Shown here: positions 16,078 to 24,363 of the stretch, in pieces
Layout: every line of letters starts with the position of its first letter
How positions within the stretch are numbered: position 1 is the first letter of the stretch
Source of the DNA: Desulfobacterales bacterium
GTDB lineage: Bacteria; Desulfobacterota; Desulfobacteria; Desulfobacterales; UBA5852
Direction of reading: 5' to 3'
NCBI GenBank assembly: GCA_050122915.1
Contig: JASFIA010000001.1
Span: 1 to 25,755, forward strand
Length of the DNA: 25,755 bases
The notes under the pieces: model-generated
Told to the model about the DNA's origin: nothing
Database searches by the model: none
The model's input: only the letters and a program-made list of their open reading frames with translations
Translations under genes and position numbers: made by a program

Positions 16078-17143
16078 CCTTTACCTCCACCTCCCGAACC
16101 CGGCCGGCCCGTTCCACGGTAATCCGGACGGTCTGACCGATGCCTGCGGCCTCGATGATACGGGAAAAATCCACCAGATCGTTGACCGGCTCATCGTTGG
16201 CTCCAATGATGATGTCCCCCAGAACCCGTTCACGGTAATCGATGCCTTTGAGACCCGCCTGCTCCGCTTCGGACCCGGGAATCACCCGGTCGATAACGAC
16301 ACCCACGACACCCATGCTTGCCGCCGCCTCCGCATCGAGGACGGTGATTCCGATCCCGGGGCGGGGTACCTTCCCGCGGCTGATCAACTGGGGCACCACC
16401 ATATTGACGGTGTCCACGGGGACGGCGAACCCGATGCCGGAGGAGCTCCCGGAGCCCGAAATGATTGCGGTGTTCACACCGATGAGTCGGCCGGCGGAAT
16501 CCAGCAGCGGACCGCCCGAGTTGCCCGGGTTGATGGCGGCATCGGTTTGAATGACACCGACCACTTCCCGGCCGCCGGTGGTCGGCAGTCGGCGGTCCAG
16601 TGCGCTGACGACACCGGTGGTGAGGGTTCGCGACAAGCCAAAGGGGTTGCCGATGGCATAGACGGCCTGTCCCACCTGGAGGTCGCCGGCGGTTCCTATG
16701 GGGAGTGGGTGAAGGCCTGACGGCACGGAGCGAAGCCGGATAACCGCCAAATCATGATCCGGGGATGATCCCACCAGGGTGGCGTCGATGGCTTCGCCGG
16801 AATCCAACCGGACACGAATCCGCCGGGATCCTTCCAGGACATGGTGGTTGGTGACGACATGGCCGAGGGCATCCCACAAAAACCCGGAGCCCGCCCCTTG
16901 ACGGAGCTGCTGTGTCCCGAAAAAACCGCCGACGGCGTTTTCGGTGAAGATGTAGACCACCGATGGGGATGCGGTGTTGAAAATAGCGATGGTGGACTGC
17001 TCGACGGCGGCCAGGTCCCCTCGGGGGGCCACCGTCCGGGGTGGTGCATCAACCGGGCCTACAGGTCCCGAAAACCGATAAATGGCGACGGCTGCGAGAA
17101 TGGCCAGAAGAAGCCCTGGCAAGAGAAACCGCTTGGCGTTCAT
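16061..17143 (-). CDS. HtrA/DegP-like trypsin serine protease with one PDZ domain and N-terminal anchor
   Basis: GSGFLWD, VTNHHV (His), DLAVI (Asp), QTDAAINPGNSGGPL (Ser), C-terminal PDZ; start placed at ATG 17143 before the hydrophobic anchor. Confidence 0.93.
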   Translation of the reverse strand: MNAKRFLLPGLLLAILAAVAIYRFSGPVGPVDAPPRTVAPRGDLAAVEQSTIAIFNTASPSVVYIFTENAVGGFFGTQQLRQGAGSGFLWDALGHVVTNHHVLEGSRRIRVRLDSGEAIDATLVGSSPDHDLAVIRLRSVPSGLHPLPIGTAGDLQVGQAVYAIGNPFGLSRTLTTGVVSALDRRLPTTGGREVVGVIQTDAAINPGNSGGPLLDSAGRLIGVNTAIISGSGSSSGIGFAVPVDTVNMVVPQLISRGKVPRPGIGITVLDAEAAASMGVVGVVIDRVIPGSEAEQAGLKGIDYRERVLGDIIIGANDEPVNDLVDFSRIIEAAGIGQTVRITVERAGRVREVEVKVMDIS

Positions 17144-17258
17144 CCCTGGAGAACTCCTTTCGCCGTGGTCGTCGATAGGGGTCTGGAGGGGAAACGGTGA
17201 CCGATTCACGGACAATTCGGTTGAGGCGTCCGACCCGATCGCTTCCCGCTGCATGCTC

Positions 17259-18260
17259 CTAAGGCCGGAGGATGATTTTCCCCAGCTGTTTGCCTTCCAT
17301 CATGCGACGGTAGGCGGCGCGGATATCCTCCAACGCGAATACGCGGTCCACCAGAGGCGTCAATCGATGGTCTTCGAACAGGTTGACCATCCCCGCAAAA
17401 TCTTCCGGGCTGCCCATTGTCGATCCCCTGAAGGTCAGTTGTTTGAAGAAAAAACGGTAGATATCGATATCTTCGATAGGACCGGCCGTCGCCCCGTAGG
17501 ACACCACCCGGCCCCCGGGTTTTAGAAGGTTCAGCATGGGGCCGAACGCCTTTCCGCCCGCTCCGTCGACGATGAGATCGATGCCGCCGGTTTTGTCTGC
17601 AATCGTATCCATCCATCCCGGCGATCGGTAGTTGACCCCTAAGTCCACACCGATCTCCCGTGCGGTTTCCAGCTTTTCTTCGCTGCTGGACGTGGTGGCC
17701 ACCCGTGCCCCCAGTGCAACGGCCATCTGGGTGGTGAGGGCCCCAACGCCCCCTCCGAAACCGGTCACCAGGATGGTATCCTCTGCCGTTGCCTCTCCTT
17801 GGGTGACGAGGGCTCGAAACCCGGTCAATCCGGCAAGGGGAAGGGCGGCGGCCAGTTCATCGGAAAGGTATCCGGGTTTTTCGACGAGGTTTCTCACCGG
17901 GACGCATACCTGCTGGGCGAAGGTGCCGTTTGCGGGCATCCCCAGGATATGGTAGCCGGTCCCTTGGACCTTCTCATTATCGCCCCAGTCCATGCTTGGG
18001 TTGATGATGACGGTTTTACCGACCCATTTCTCGTCGGCCTCGTCACCGACAGCCATCACGATGCCGCAACCGTCCGATCCCGGCACGACAGGCAATCGGA
18101 TGCCTGGATACATACCGTGAAGAATCCATACGTCCCGGTGGTTCATGGCCGCGGCCTCCAGCTGAACTGCGGCTTCGCCCGGGTTGGGGCGGGGATCGTC
18201 GATATCTTCAACAACGAGATTGTCAAGGTCTTTCTTCCCGTGCAAAACTGCTGCCTGCAT
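17259..18260 (-). CDS. MDR-superfamily oxidoreductase (zinc-binding dehydrogenase / quinone oxidoreductase-like, probably NADPH)
   Basis: MNHRD, VPGSDGCG, AAALPLAGLT..RAL, VTGFGGGVG, TTSSSEEK, GSTMGS, GKIIL; GGAGG RBS before ATG 18260. Confidence 0.88.
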   Translation of the reverse strand: MQAAVLHGKKDLDNLVVEDIDDPRPNPGEAAVQLEAAAMNHRDVWILHGMYPGIRLPVVPGSDGCGIVMAVGDEADEKWVGKTVIINPSMDWGDNEKVQGTGYHILGMPANGTFAQQVCVPVRNLVEKPGYLSDELAAALPLAGLTGFRALVTQGEATAEDTILVTGFGGGVGALTTQMAVALGARVATTSSSEEKLETAREIGVDLGVNYRSPGWMDTIADKTGGIDLIVDGAGGKAFGPMLNLLKPGGRVVSYGATAGPIEDIDIYRFFFKQLTFRGSTMGSPEDFAGMVNLFEDHRLTPLVDRVFALEDIRAAYRRMMEGKQLGKIILRP

Positions 18261-18534
18261 GGCCGCCTCCTTGTTGGATGATGGGTATGGCGATGTCTCC
18301 GGTTGGGGCGATCGGTATCCGACGCCTTTTCCGGTTGATTCGCTGCTTTTCGAAATCATAGTGGGTTACGGGTGACGGGGCAAGCAGATTGGGGGATTTT
18401 TTCCAGAGACTTCGGTGGCGAACGGCACCACCGCCGGCGAGGCGGCGGCATGGAGGGATTTCTGGCATTCGGGGTCCGATACCAAGCAGCAGAAGGACTA
18501 TCGACTTGGTGGGACCGACGCCTCATAAACCGGA

Positions 18535-18564
18535 TTGTCATATCTCCCGGCGTTGTGCTATGAA
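18535..18564 (+). promoter_or_regulatory. Putative sigma70 promoter for the HD-GYP gene
   Basis: TTGTCA (18535-18540), 18 bp spacer, TATGAA (18559-18564) preceded by TG (extended -10). Confidence 0.35.
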
Positions 18565-18612
18565 ATCAGCTGCCCCCGAAGTACCGACACCCCAAACACC
18601 GGCCGATTGACC

Positions 18613-19530
18613 ATGAATGCACCGATCCTGCGTTACCCCGTATCCCTGCCTGACGGAACCGAGCTGATGCCCGCCGGCGCGCTCTTGACCGAGGCAACCC
18701 TTGAGGAGGCGATTCATCGCCGGGAGAAGATTGCGTACCCCGAATCGCGGCTGTTCGACCACGGATCGATCCGCCGGGATCTGCTTCGGTTCTGCAATGT
18801 CGCGCCCTACGACCGGATTTTCTCCGACGAGAAACGGGTGGCAGGTCTTTTGGACCTGATGGGACAGATCGAGCTCATCGCTCCTCTTCTTGGTTTTCTG
18901 GATCGGTTCAAGAGAGAGGATCCTTACACCTACCGGCATATCCTCGTTGTGTTTGCCCTCTCACTTCTTTTGGCTCAGGATCTCATTGCCGATCCGCCCC
19001 TGCCGCCCCATCAGGCGGTGGCTGCAACCACCCACGATTTCGGGAAACTCTGTGTGCCAACGGCTATCCTCAAAAAAAAGACCCCCCTTACCCGCCGAGA
19101 GCGTGATCACCTAAGGCACCACGCCCTGGGAGGCTACGTGCTACTTAGCATTTTCTTCAACGATCCGGACCATCCCGCCGCCATTACCGCAAGAGACCAC
19201 CATGAGCGACGGGACGGCTCCGGCTATCCGTCGGGACTGCCCCTGAGTGATCCTTTTGTCGAGATCGTAGCGGTGTCCGATGTCTTCGACGCGCTGATTG
19301 CCAGTCGCCCCTATCGGCCGACCTCCTATGATTTGCGGACCGCCCTCGAGGAAATCACCCAAATGGCGCAACGAGGGCGTTTCCGGTGGGACGTGGTTCA
19401 GGCGCTTGTCAGCTTCAATCGCAGCGGCCGCCCCCGTTTCGATTCCTGCACGGTCTCCGATGAGCGGCGCGGGATCCCCCCTCAAGACAACCTATACGAC
19501 TGCATCCAGATCGAGGACGATCCCGCTTGA
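18613..19530 (+). CDS. HD-GYP domain phosphodiesterase (putative c-di-GMP hydrolase)
   Basis: YTYRH, HDFGK, HHERRDGSGYP..L, DVFDALIASRPYR; start taken at ATG 18613. Confidence 0.88.
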   Translation: MNAPILRYPVSLPDGTELMPAGALLTEATLEEAIHRREKIAYPESRLFDHGSIRRDLLRFCNVAPYDRIFSDEKRVAGLLDLMGQIELIAPLLGFLDRFKREDPYTYRHILVVFALSLLLAQDLIADPPLPPHQAVAATTHDFGKLCVPTAILKKKTPLTRRERDHLRHHALGGYVLLSIFFNDPDHPAAITARDHHERRDGSGYPSGLPLSDPFVEIVAVSDVFDALIASRPYRPTSYDLRTALEEITQMAQRGRFRWDVVQALVSFNRSGRPRFDSCTVSDERRGIPPQDNLYDCIQIEDDPA

Positions 19531-19681
19531 GGCATCGCCCTTGATCGGACCGCCGGCTTTCGAACAACTGCAGACCGTTGGCGGCCGGCAGCGTTCTTCG
19601 TCTTCCGTCGTCCTGTGACTTGATTGTCAAAAAACCGGTCATACCATCTCCGGATCCGATGTATTCAACAAGGAGACCCTC

Positions 19682-20272
19682 ATGACTTCATTACGATATA
19701 TGGCTGTCGGCGCTTTATTCTGTATACTATCTTTGTCGGCGGGAGCCACGGTTTCCTCCTTCGCGGCGGAGCGTTACCAGGTCGATCCATCCCATGCCTA
19801 CGCCATGTTCCGAGTCAAACACTTGGGAATCGGCTATTCCTACGGCCGCTTCGAGGAGCCTACCGGCAACTTTACCATCGATGAGGCCGTGCCGGAAAAC
19901 AGCGCCATCGAAATGCGGTTGGATGCCAGCAAAGTGGATACCGACGTGGAAAAAAGGGACAAGCATCTGCGGAGCCCTGATTTTTTCGACGTGGAAAAGC
20001 ACCCCCAAATCACCTTCAAGAGCACGTCATTCAAGAAGGTGGATGACACCCGTTTCGAGGTGTCCGGAGACCTCACGCTTCTTGGGACGACACGACCGAT
20101 AACGGTAACCGCCGTGGATACAGGGTCTGGAAAGGATCCGTGGGGCAATTACCGACGGGGATTTGAAACCGTTTTCACCATCAAGCGAAGCGATTTCGGA
20201 ATGACGTTCATGTCCGATGGGGTCAGCGACGAGGTGGAGATCACCATCAGCGTGGAAGGTATCCGTCAGTAG
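19682..20272 (+). CDS. YceI-family periplasmic lipid/polyisoprenoid-binding protein
   Basis: Signal peptide; YQVDPSH...FRVKHLG...GRF, VDTDVEKRDKHLRSPDFFDVEKHP.ITFKS, GDLTLLG, IKRSDFGM; AAGGAG RBS. Confidence 0.95.
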   Translation: MTSLRYMAVGALFCILSLSAGATVSSFAAERYQVDPSHAYAMFRVKHLGIGYSYGRFEEPTGNFTIDEAVPENSAIEMRLDASKVDTDVEKRDKHLRSPDFFDVEKHPQITFKSTSFKKVDDTRFEVSGDLTLLGTTRPITVTAVDTGSGKDPWGNYRRGFETVFTIKRSDFGMTFMSDGVSDEVEITISVEGIRQ

Positions 20273-20280
20273 GCAGACCC

Positions 20281-21765
20281 ATGTGCAGACAACAACTATC
20301 TGCAAAAGGAGCGATGGGCGGATGGCGTCTCGGAGGGGCCTCGTTGTGGCTTCTCGCCGTGCTGATGCTGCTCATCCCGGCATCGGTTTGCGCCGACGGA
20401 CCATATGAGCAACTCATCGTCTTCGTTCACTCGGGAGCGTCCGATGTAGACAGAACCTTCCGCGAAACCCAGCTGCCCGACATCCGGAAAGCGGCCGACG
20501 AGATGGGCGTCTCGTTTCATTTGGTCGAAGTGGCTGGCGGCGTCCCGGAAACGGTGACCATTACCCCGCTCATGGTCTACCAGAACTACCGGGGACGATC
20601 GATTTACCAGGGGCGAACCACCACCCCGTCTCGACTCCGCCATTTCATCCGCACTTCCCGTTTCATACCCCAAGGGGAGGATCCCAACCGCCGGGAGACC
20701 ATTCCGGTATGGGACGCCGGGCGCTCCAAGATCTGGGCGCCTGTAAAAATTTCGTCGGTAACCGGCACCCCTCCCGCCTCATACGATGACGGGGCCTTCA
20801 AATCGGAAGCATTTGAGAGCATCATGAAGGGTTTGGATCGGTTTGCGCTTCGATCCAAGGTGTCATTGGGTCGGGGAGATCGTGGATTCTACATGGATTT
20901 CTACCCCTGGCGGTCACCGGACGGCACCTTGTTTCTCTCCCTCGCCCTGTATTCTCAGTTTCACTGCAAGGAGCCGGTGTACGTGAAAAAAAAAGATCCC
21001 CTGGTCGGACCATGGGAAGAACGGGACAAGCTGTTCCGGGAGGCCGGACGGCTCATGGAGGAAGCCGTCGCTAAACAAATCCGGCTCCCTCAGTCCGGCG
21101 ATGCCTTTGACCCCGTCGACCGAGGGGTTCCTGTAAAGGACTGGAATGCCATCGGATTCCCTCTGCCCCCAAAACCCCCCGGCACTGTCGGGCATTCGGC
21201 CCCGGCCCTCCCTCTTGGAAACCACTGGACGGTGGGGCCCCCCGGTCCGGGGGAGCCGCCGATCATCCAGTTTCGGTTCCCTGCGCCATTGGACAACTAT
21301 GCGGGGGAGGTGACCGCCGCCTCGGGTGCCTTGACGCTTTCCGACGGGTTGAACCTGGACGGCGCCTCCGGTTATATAGAGGTGGATACACGGTCCACCA
21401 TCACCATGGGGGAGCCTACCCTGGATGAAGCCATTCGCGGCAGTCTACTCCTATACACCAAGCAATATCCGACTTCACGATATGACATTTCCCGTGTGAC
21501 CAGCGGGGACAAGATTGCCTACGGGCAACTGTCGCCCGGCGTGGTTTCCGGAACCTTTACCCTGAAGGGCAAGAGGGTTCCGCTTGAGTGCCCTGCCGAA
21601 TTCGAACCGATCATCGGCGAGGAGGGAAAACCCCGCCTGATCGTTCGAACCTCGTTTTCGATAGATCTGAGGGAATTCGACATCGAGGGCGCCGAGGGTC
21701 CCGCACCGGCCCGACATACCCTTTTATTGGATGTGAACCTTTTCCTGCATCCACGAATCCAATAG
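20281..21765 (+). CDS. Exported multidomain hypothetical protein: thioredoxin-like N-terminal region, unknown middle domain, C-terminal YceI-like domain
   Basis: 494-aa ORF 8 nt after yceI; signal peptide (LWLLAVLMLLIPASVCA); C-terminal G.IEVDTRSTITMGE..LD..IR...L....YP..GTFTLKG..FSIDLREFDI resembles YceI. Start may be ATG 20314. Confidence 0.75.
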   Translation: MCRQQLSAKGAMGGWRLGGASLWLLAVLMLLIPASVCADGPYEQLIVFVHSGASDVDRTFRETQLPDIRKAADEMGVSFHLVEVAGGVPETVTITPLMVYQNYRGRSIYQGRTTTPSRLRHFIRTSRFIPQGEDPNRRETIPVWDAGRSKIWAPVKISSVTGTPPASYDDGAFKSEAFESIMKGLDRFALRSKVSLGRGDRGFYMDFYPWRSPDGTLFLSLALYSQFHCKEPVYVKKKDPLVGPWEERDKLFREAGRLMEEAVAKQIRLPQSGDAFDPVDRGVPVKDWNAIGFPLPPKPPGTVGHSAPALPLGNHWTVGPPGPGEPPIIQFRFPAPLDNYAGEVTAASGALTLSDGLNLDGASGYIEVDTRSTITMGEPTLDEAIRGSLLLYTKQYPTSRYDISRVTSGDKIAYGQLSPGVVSGTFTLKGKRVPLECPAEFEPIIGEEGKPRLIVRTSFSIDLREFDIEGAEGPAPARHTLLLDVNLFLHPRIQ

Positions 21766-22055
21766 GCAGAAAGCGCCGCATCGTCAGGGGGGTGGCTGGT
21801 AAGCGGACCGATAGGGTGATCGAGGCGGTCCTCTAAACCGTTGGGCGGCAATGGCGTTTCCTTCGGCAGGGATCGGTTGGGCGGTCTTCACCGTCTGCGA
21901 TCCGCCTCGATGGGCGGCCAAATTGCCGGTTTGCAGGTAGCCCAGAAAGGACATGTGGGAACCTGCCCCCCACCGGTGACATTACCCGGCTCACCGTGCG
22001 GCGTGTTGCCTTCTGACACCCGTCAATGGTAACCGCCGTTTATAGAGAAAACCCG

Positions 22056-23156
22056 ATGACAGCCTTGATCAGACGAAACGACAGCCTGAAAGCCATCCTA
22101 CTGACTTGCCTCCTGGTCGGTTTGTCACTAGGGTTTCATTCATGCCGGTGGCCGGTTCGTTCATCGCACCCGCCGGCACCCGCTGTTGTATCGGACACCC
22201 GCTTCAACGCCCTCTTTTCAAGCCAGGGGCCCGGGTGGACGGGTGGGGATGCCGCCCAGTCGGTTTCACTCCCTGATGGGAGCACCCTGTGGCTGTTCGG
22301 CGACAGCTTTCTGGGACGGGTCCGACCGAACGGCTCCAGATCGCCATTGTCGCCGATGGTGAGAAACTGTTTGGTGCTGCAGAAGGGAGACCACCTTACG
22401 ACCCTGCACGGGGGCCAGGTCGACGCTCCTTCCGCATTCTTTTCGGCCGAGTCACCCTCCCAGTGGTACTGGCCGGGTGACGGTGTGATTGAAAACCATC
22501 GGGTCCGGGTCTTCCTTCATCGGTTTTCCCAACAGTCACCCGGTATGTGGGGATGGAAATGGGAGGGGACGGGGATCGCCTCTTTGGCCTACCCGTCGCT
22601 TGACTTGGAGGCTATCGACCCCCTGGAATGGGACAACGGAGTCCTGTATGGCGTGGCCCTTCTGGAGACGCGCCATTACACCTATGTGTACGGCACGAAA
22701 GACAATGGGGAAGAACCGGTCGCCCACGTCGCCCGAGCCCCCAGGGGAGATCTCGGGGGCTCGTGGTCGTTCTGGGATGGCAGCGGTTGGTCTTCCCACC
22801 CTGCATCGTCCCGTGGCATAGTGAACGGGGTGTCCGTTCAATATGGCGTTGCGGCGTGGAGGAACGGCGGTTTTGCCCTTATCACCATGGACCGACGCCA
22901 ACCGTTTTCACCCGACCTGGTGCTCTATTTGTCTCCCGAGCCTCAAGGGGCCTGGAGCGGCCCTTTTCCACTCTATCGAGCGCCCGAGGCCGAGGGAGAT
23001 GTGGCGGCTTACAATCCGTCGGTCCATCCTCAGTTTACGGTGGCGGGCCGCCTCCTGGTATCCTATAACCTCAATCATGTGAGCAATCCGGACGCCCTGT
23101 ATCTGGATGCAACCATCTATCGCCCCCGATTCCTAAGGGTTGAGGTCCCTCAGTGA
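22056..23156 (+). CDS. Exported or lipoprotein DUF5005/DUF4185-like beta-propeller protein, possible glycoside hydrolase
   Basis: GWTGGDAAQSVSLPDGSTLWLFGDSF, WYWPGDG, YTYVYG, HVARA, W.FWDG.GW, AYNPSVHPQF, LLVSYN, YRPRF; hydrophobic N-terminus ending in FHSC. Alternative start 22026. Confidence 0.75.
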   Translation: MTALIRRNDSLKAILLTCLLVGLSLGFHSCRWPVRSSHPPAPAVVSDTRFNALFSSQGPGWTGGDAAQSVSLPDGSTLWLFGDSFLGRVRPNGSRSPLSPMVRNCLVLQKGDHLTTLHGGQVDAPSAFFSAESPSQWYWPGDGVIENHRVRVFLHRFSQQSPGMWGWKWEGTGIASLAYPSLDLEAIDPLEWDNGVLYGVALLETRHYTYVYGTKDNGEEPVAHVARAPRGDLGGSWSFWDGSGWSSHPASSRGIVNGVSVQYGVAAWRNGGFALITMDRRQPFSPDLVLYLSPEPQGAWSGPFPLYRAPEAEGDVAAYNPSVHPQFTVAGRLLVSYNLNHVSNPDALYLDATIYRPRFLRVEVPQ

Positions 23157-23297
23157 CTTCCGCAGCGTCGGCGTATCCTTGACGATCACATAACCTGGCG
23201 ATCCCTCCCGCAGCCATTGGAGAGCAAAAATGCGGTCGGGTGCGGTGTGCGTTCTCTCGGATTCATGGGTGGTCCGGTTGAGGGTCTGGGAGTCGCT

Positions 23298-23648
23298 TCA
23301 AGATCGGTCACTGGCGTCCTTTCGGTCGCTGACGGCGCTGTCGGAAGCGGGCATCCGGTGCCGGCGGACAAAATCCGTCATGTAGTGGGGCATCCGGTCG
23401 TGGAGGAGGTAGTCCTTGAAGTCCGCTTCCGCCCTGGAACGGGAGATATTCCAGACTTCAGCGGCCCGAATGAAGAGGTCATACTCGCTGATGCCGCCGG
23501 TCTTGGCCAAATGGGAGAGATATTCGCCGTCGCTGAGGGGGGTGCGGTTGGCCCAGAGGCCATCGATCTTTTTCATGGACGCATAAAACACCCATGCCGC
23601 CAGAAAAAACATGACGATACGCAATGTTTCGTAGAATGAATCACCCAT
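23298..23648 (-). CDS. Small hypothetical membrane-anchored protein
   Basis: One TM segment (IVMFFLAAWVFYASM) then a helical domain SEYDLF..AA..W...EADFKDYL....PHYMTDFVR; GAAGG before ATG 23648. Confidence 0.65.
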   Translation of the reverse strand: MGDSFYETLRIVMFFLAAWVFYASMKKIDGLWANRTPLSDGEYLSHLAKTGGISEYDLFIRAAEVWNISRSRAEADFKDYLLHDRMPHYMTDFVRRHRMPASDSAVSDRKDASDRS

Positions 23649-24363
23649 GGGTACCTTCCCTATCGCTGAGGGTCGTCTGTCCGGCGATGCCATTGACTGT
23701 GACAACGTGTCCAGGAGGACAAGTCCGGTGGGACGGCCTTGCCCTCTCCACTCCTACTATAAGAACGATCATTGGAGAGGGAAACGGCGGAAATGGGTTC
23801 GACCTGGATTCGGCTGATCGGCAGAGGCGCGCCCGCACCGAAACGGCTCCGCCGGCCTCCCCGGAGCCGCTGCGCTTCCGCAGAGGCCCTAAAGCGCATC
23901 CGTCTGTTTTTCCCTCCGATCCGGATGCTCCCCTCCTGTCGGCTGCGGGTCAGCTGTGATGCGTCCGGACTTTTCGCTCCTTCGTCGATTGACGGTGGTT
24001 GTCCTCCGCGGTCAGTTCCATAGGGAATACCTCGGAACCTTCCCCGGAGCGGCCAATCCTTCCTGACCGCGGCCTGCGGTTCCGGCAGATGCCACATTTG
24101 GAACCGATTGGTGATGATGGTGCTCGTCCGAATCGGGGCGGTTGCCGATAAGAGGTAAAAGGGTGGCTGAAGGCGGGTGCCAATGGGGTCCCCGACCGGT
24201 GCACAACCAATCTGTGGCCACTGCCGCCCGTCATATTCAGCCGAAGGGTGCATCTAACCGTAGATTCGTTTGACTCCATTAAAAAATCGAATTAAGGGTG
24301 GCGTTGGTAACCTATTCCGCTGAATCTAATTGTTTTTAAACTGTTTTTCAGGAGGTTTCGATC

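Noticed and set aside
18261-18612. c-di-GMP riboswitch in the divergent gap before HD-GYP
   Set aside because: No GGCAAACC/GCAAAGC-type consensus; only short GC hairpins expected at this composition.
21766-22055. Possible riboswitch or small gene in a 290-nt gap
   Set aside because: No recognisable aptamer consensus on either strand; short ORFs lack RBS and motifs.
23660-24279. Minus-strand ORFs of 197 and 109 aa upstream of FadL
   Set aside because: Pro/Arg/Ser-rich, no RBS or domain signal; region is better explained as regulatory or structured RNA.
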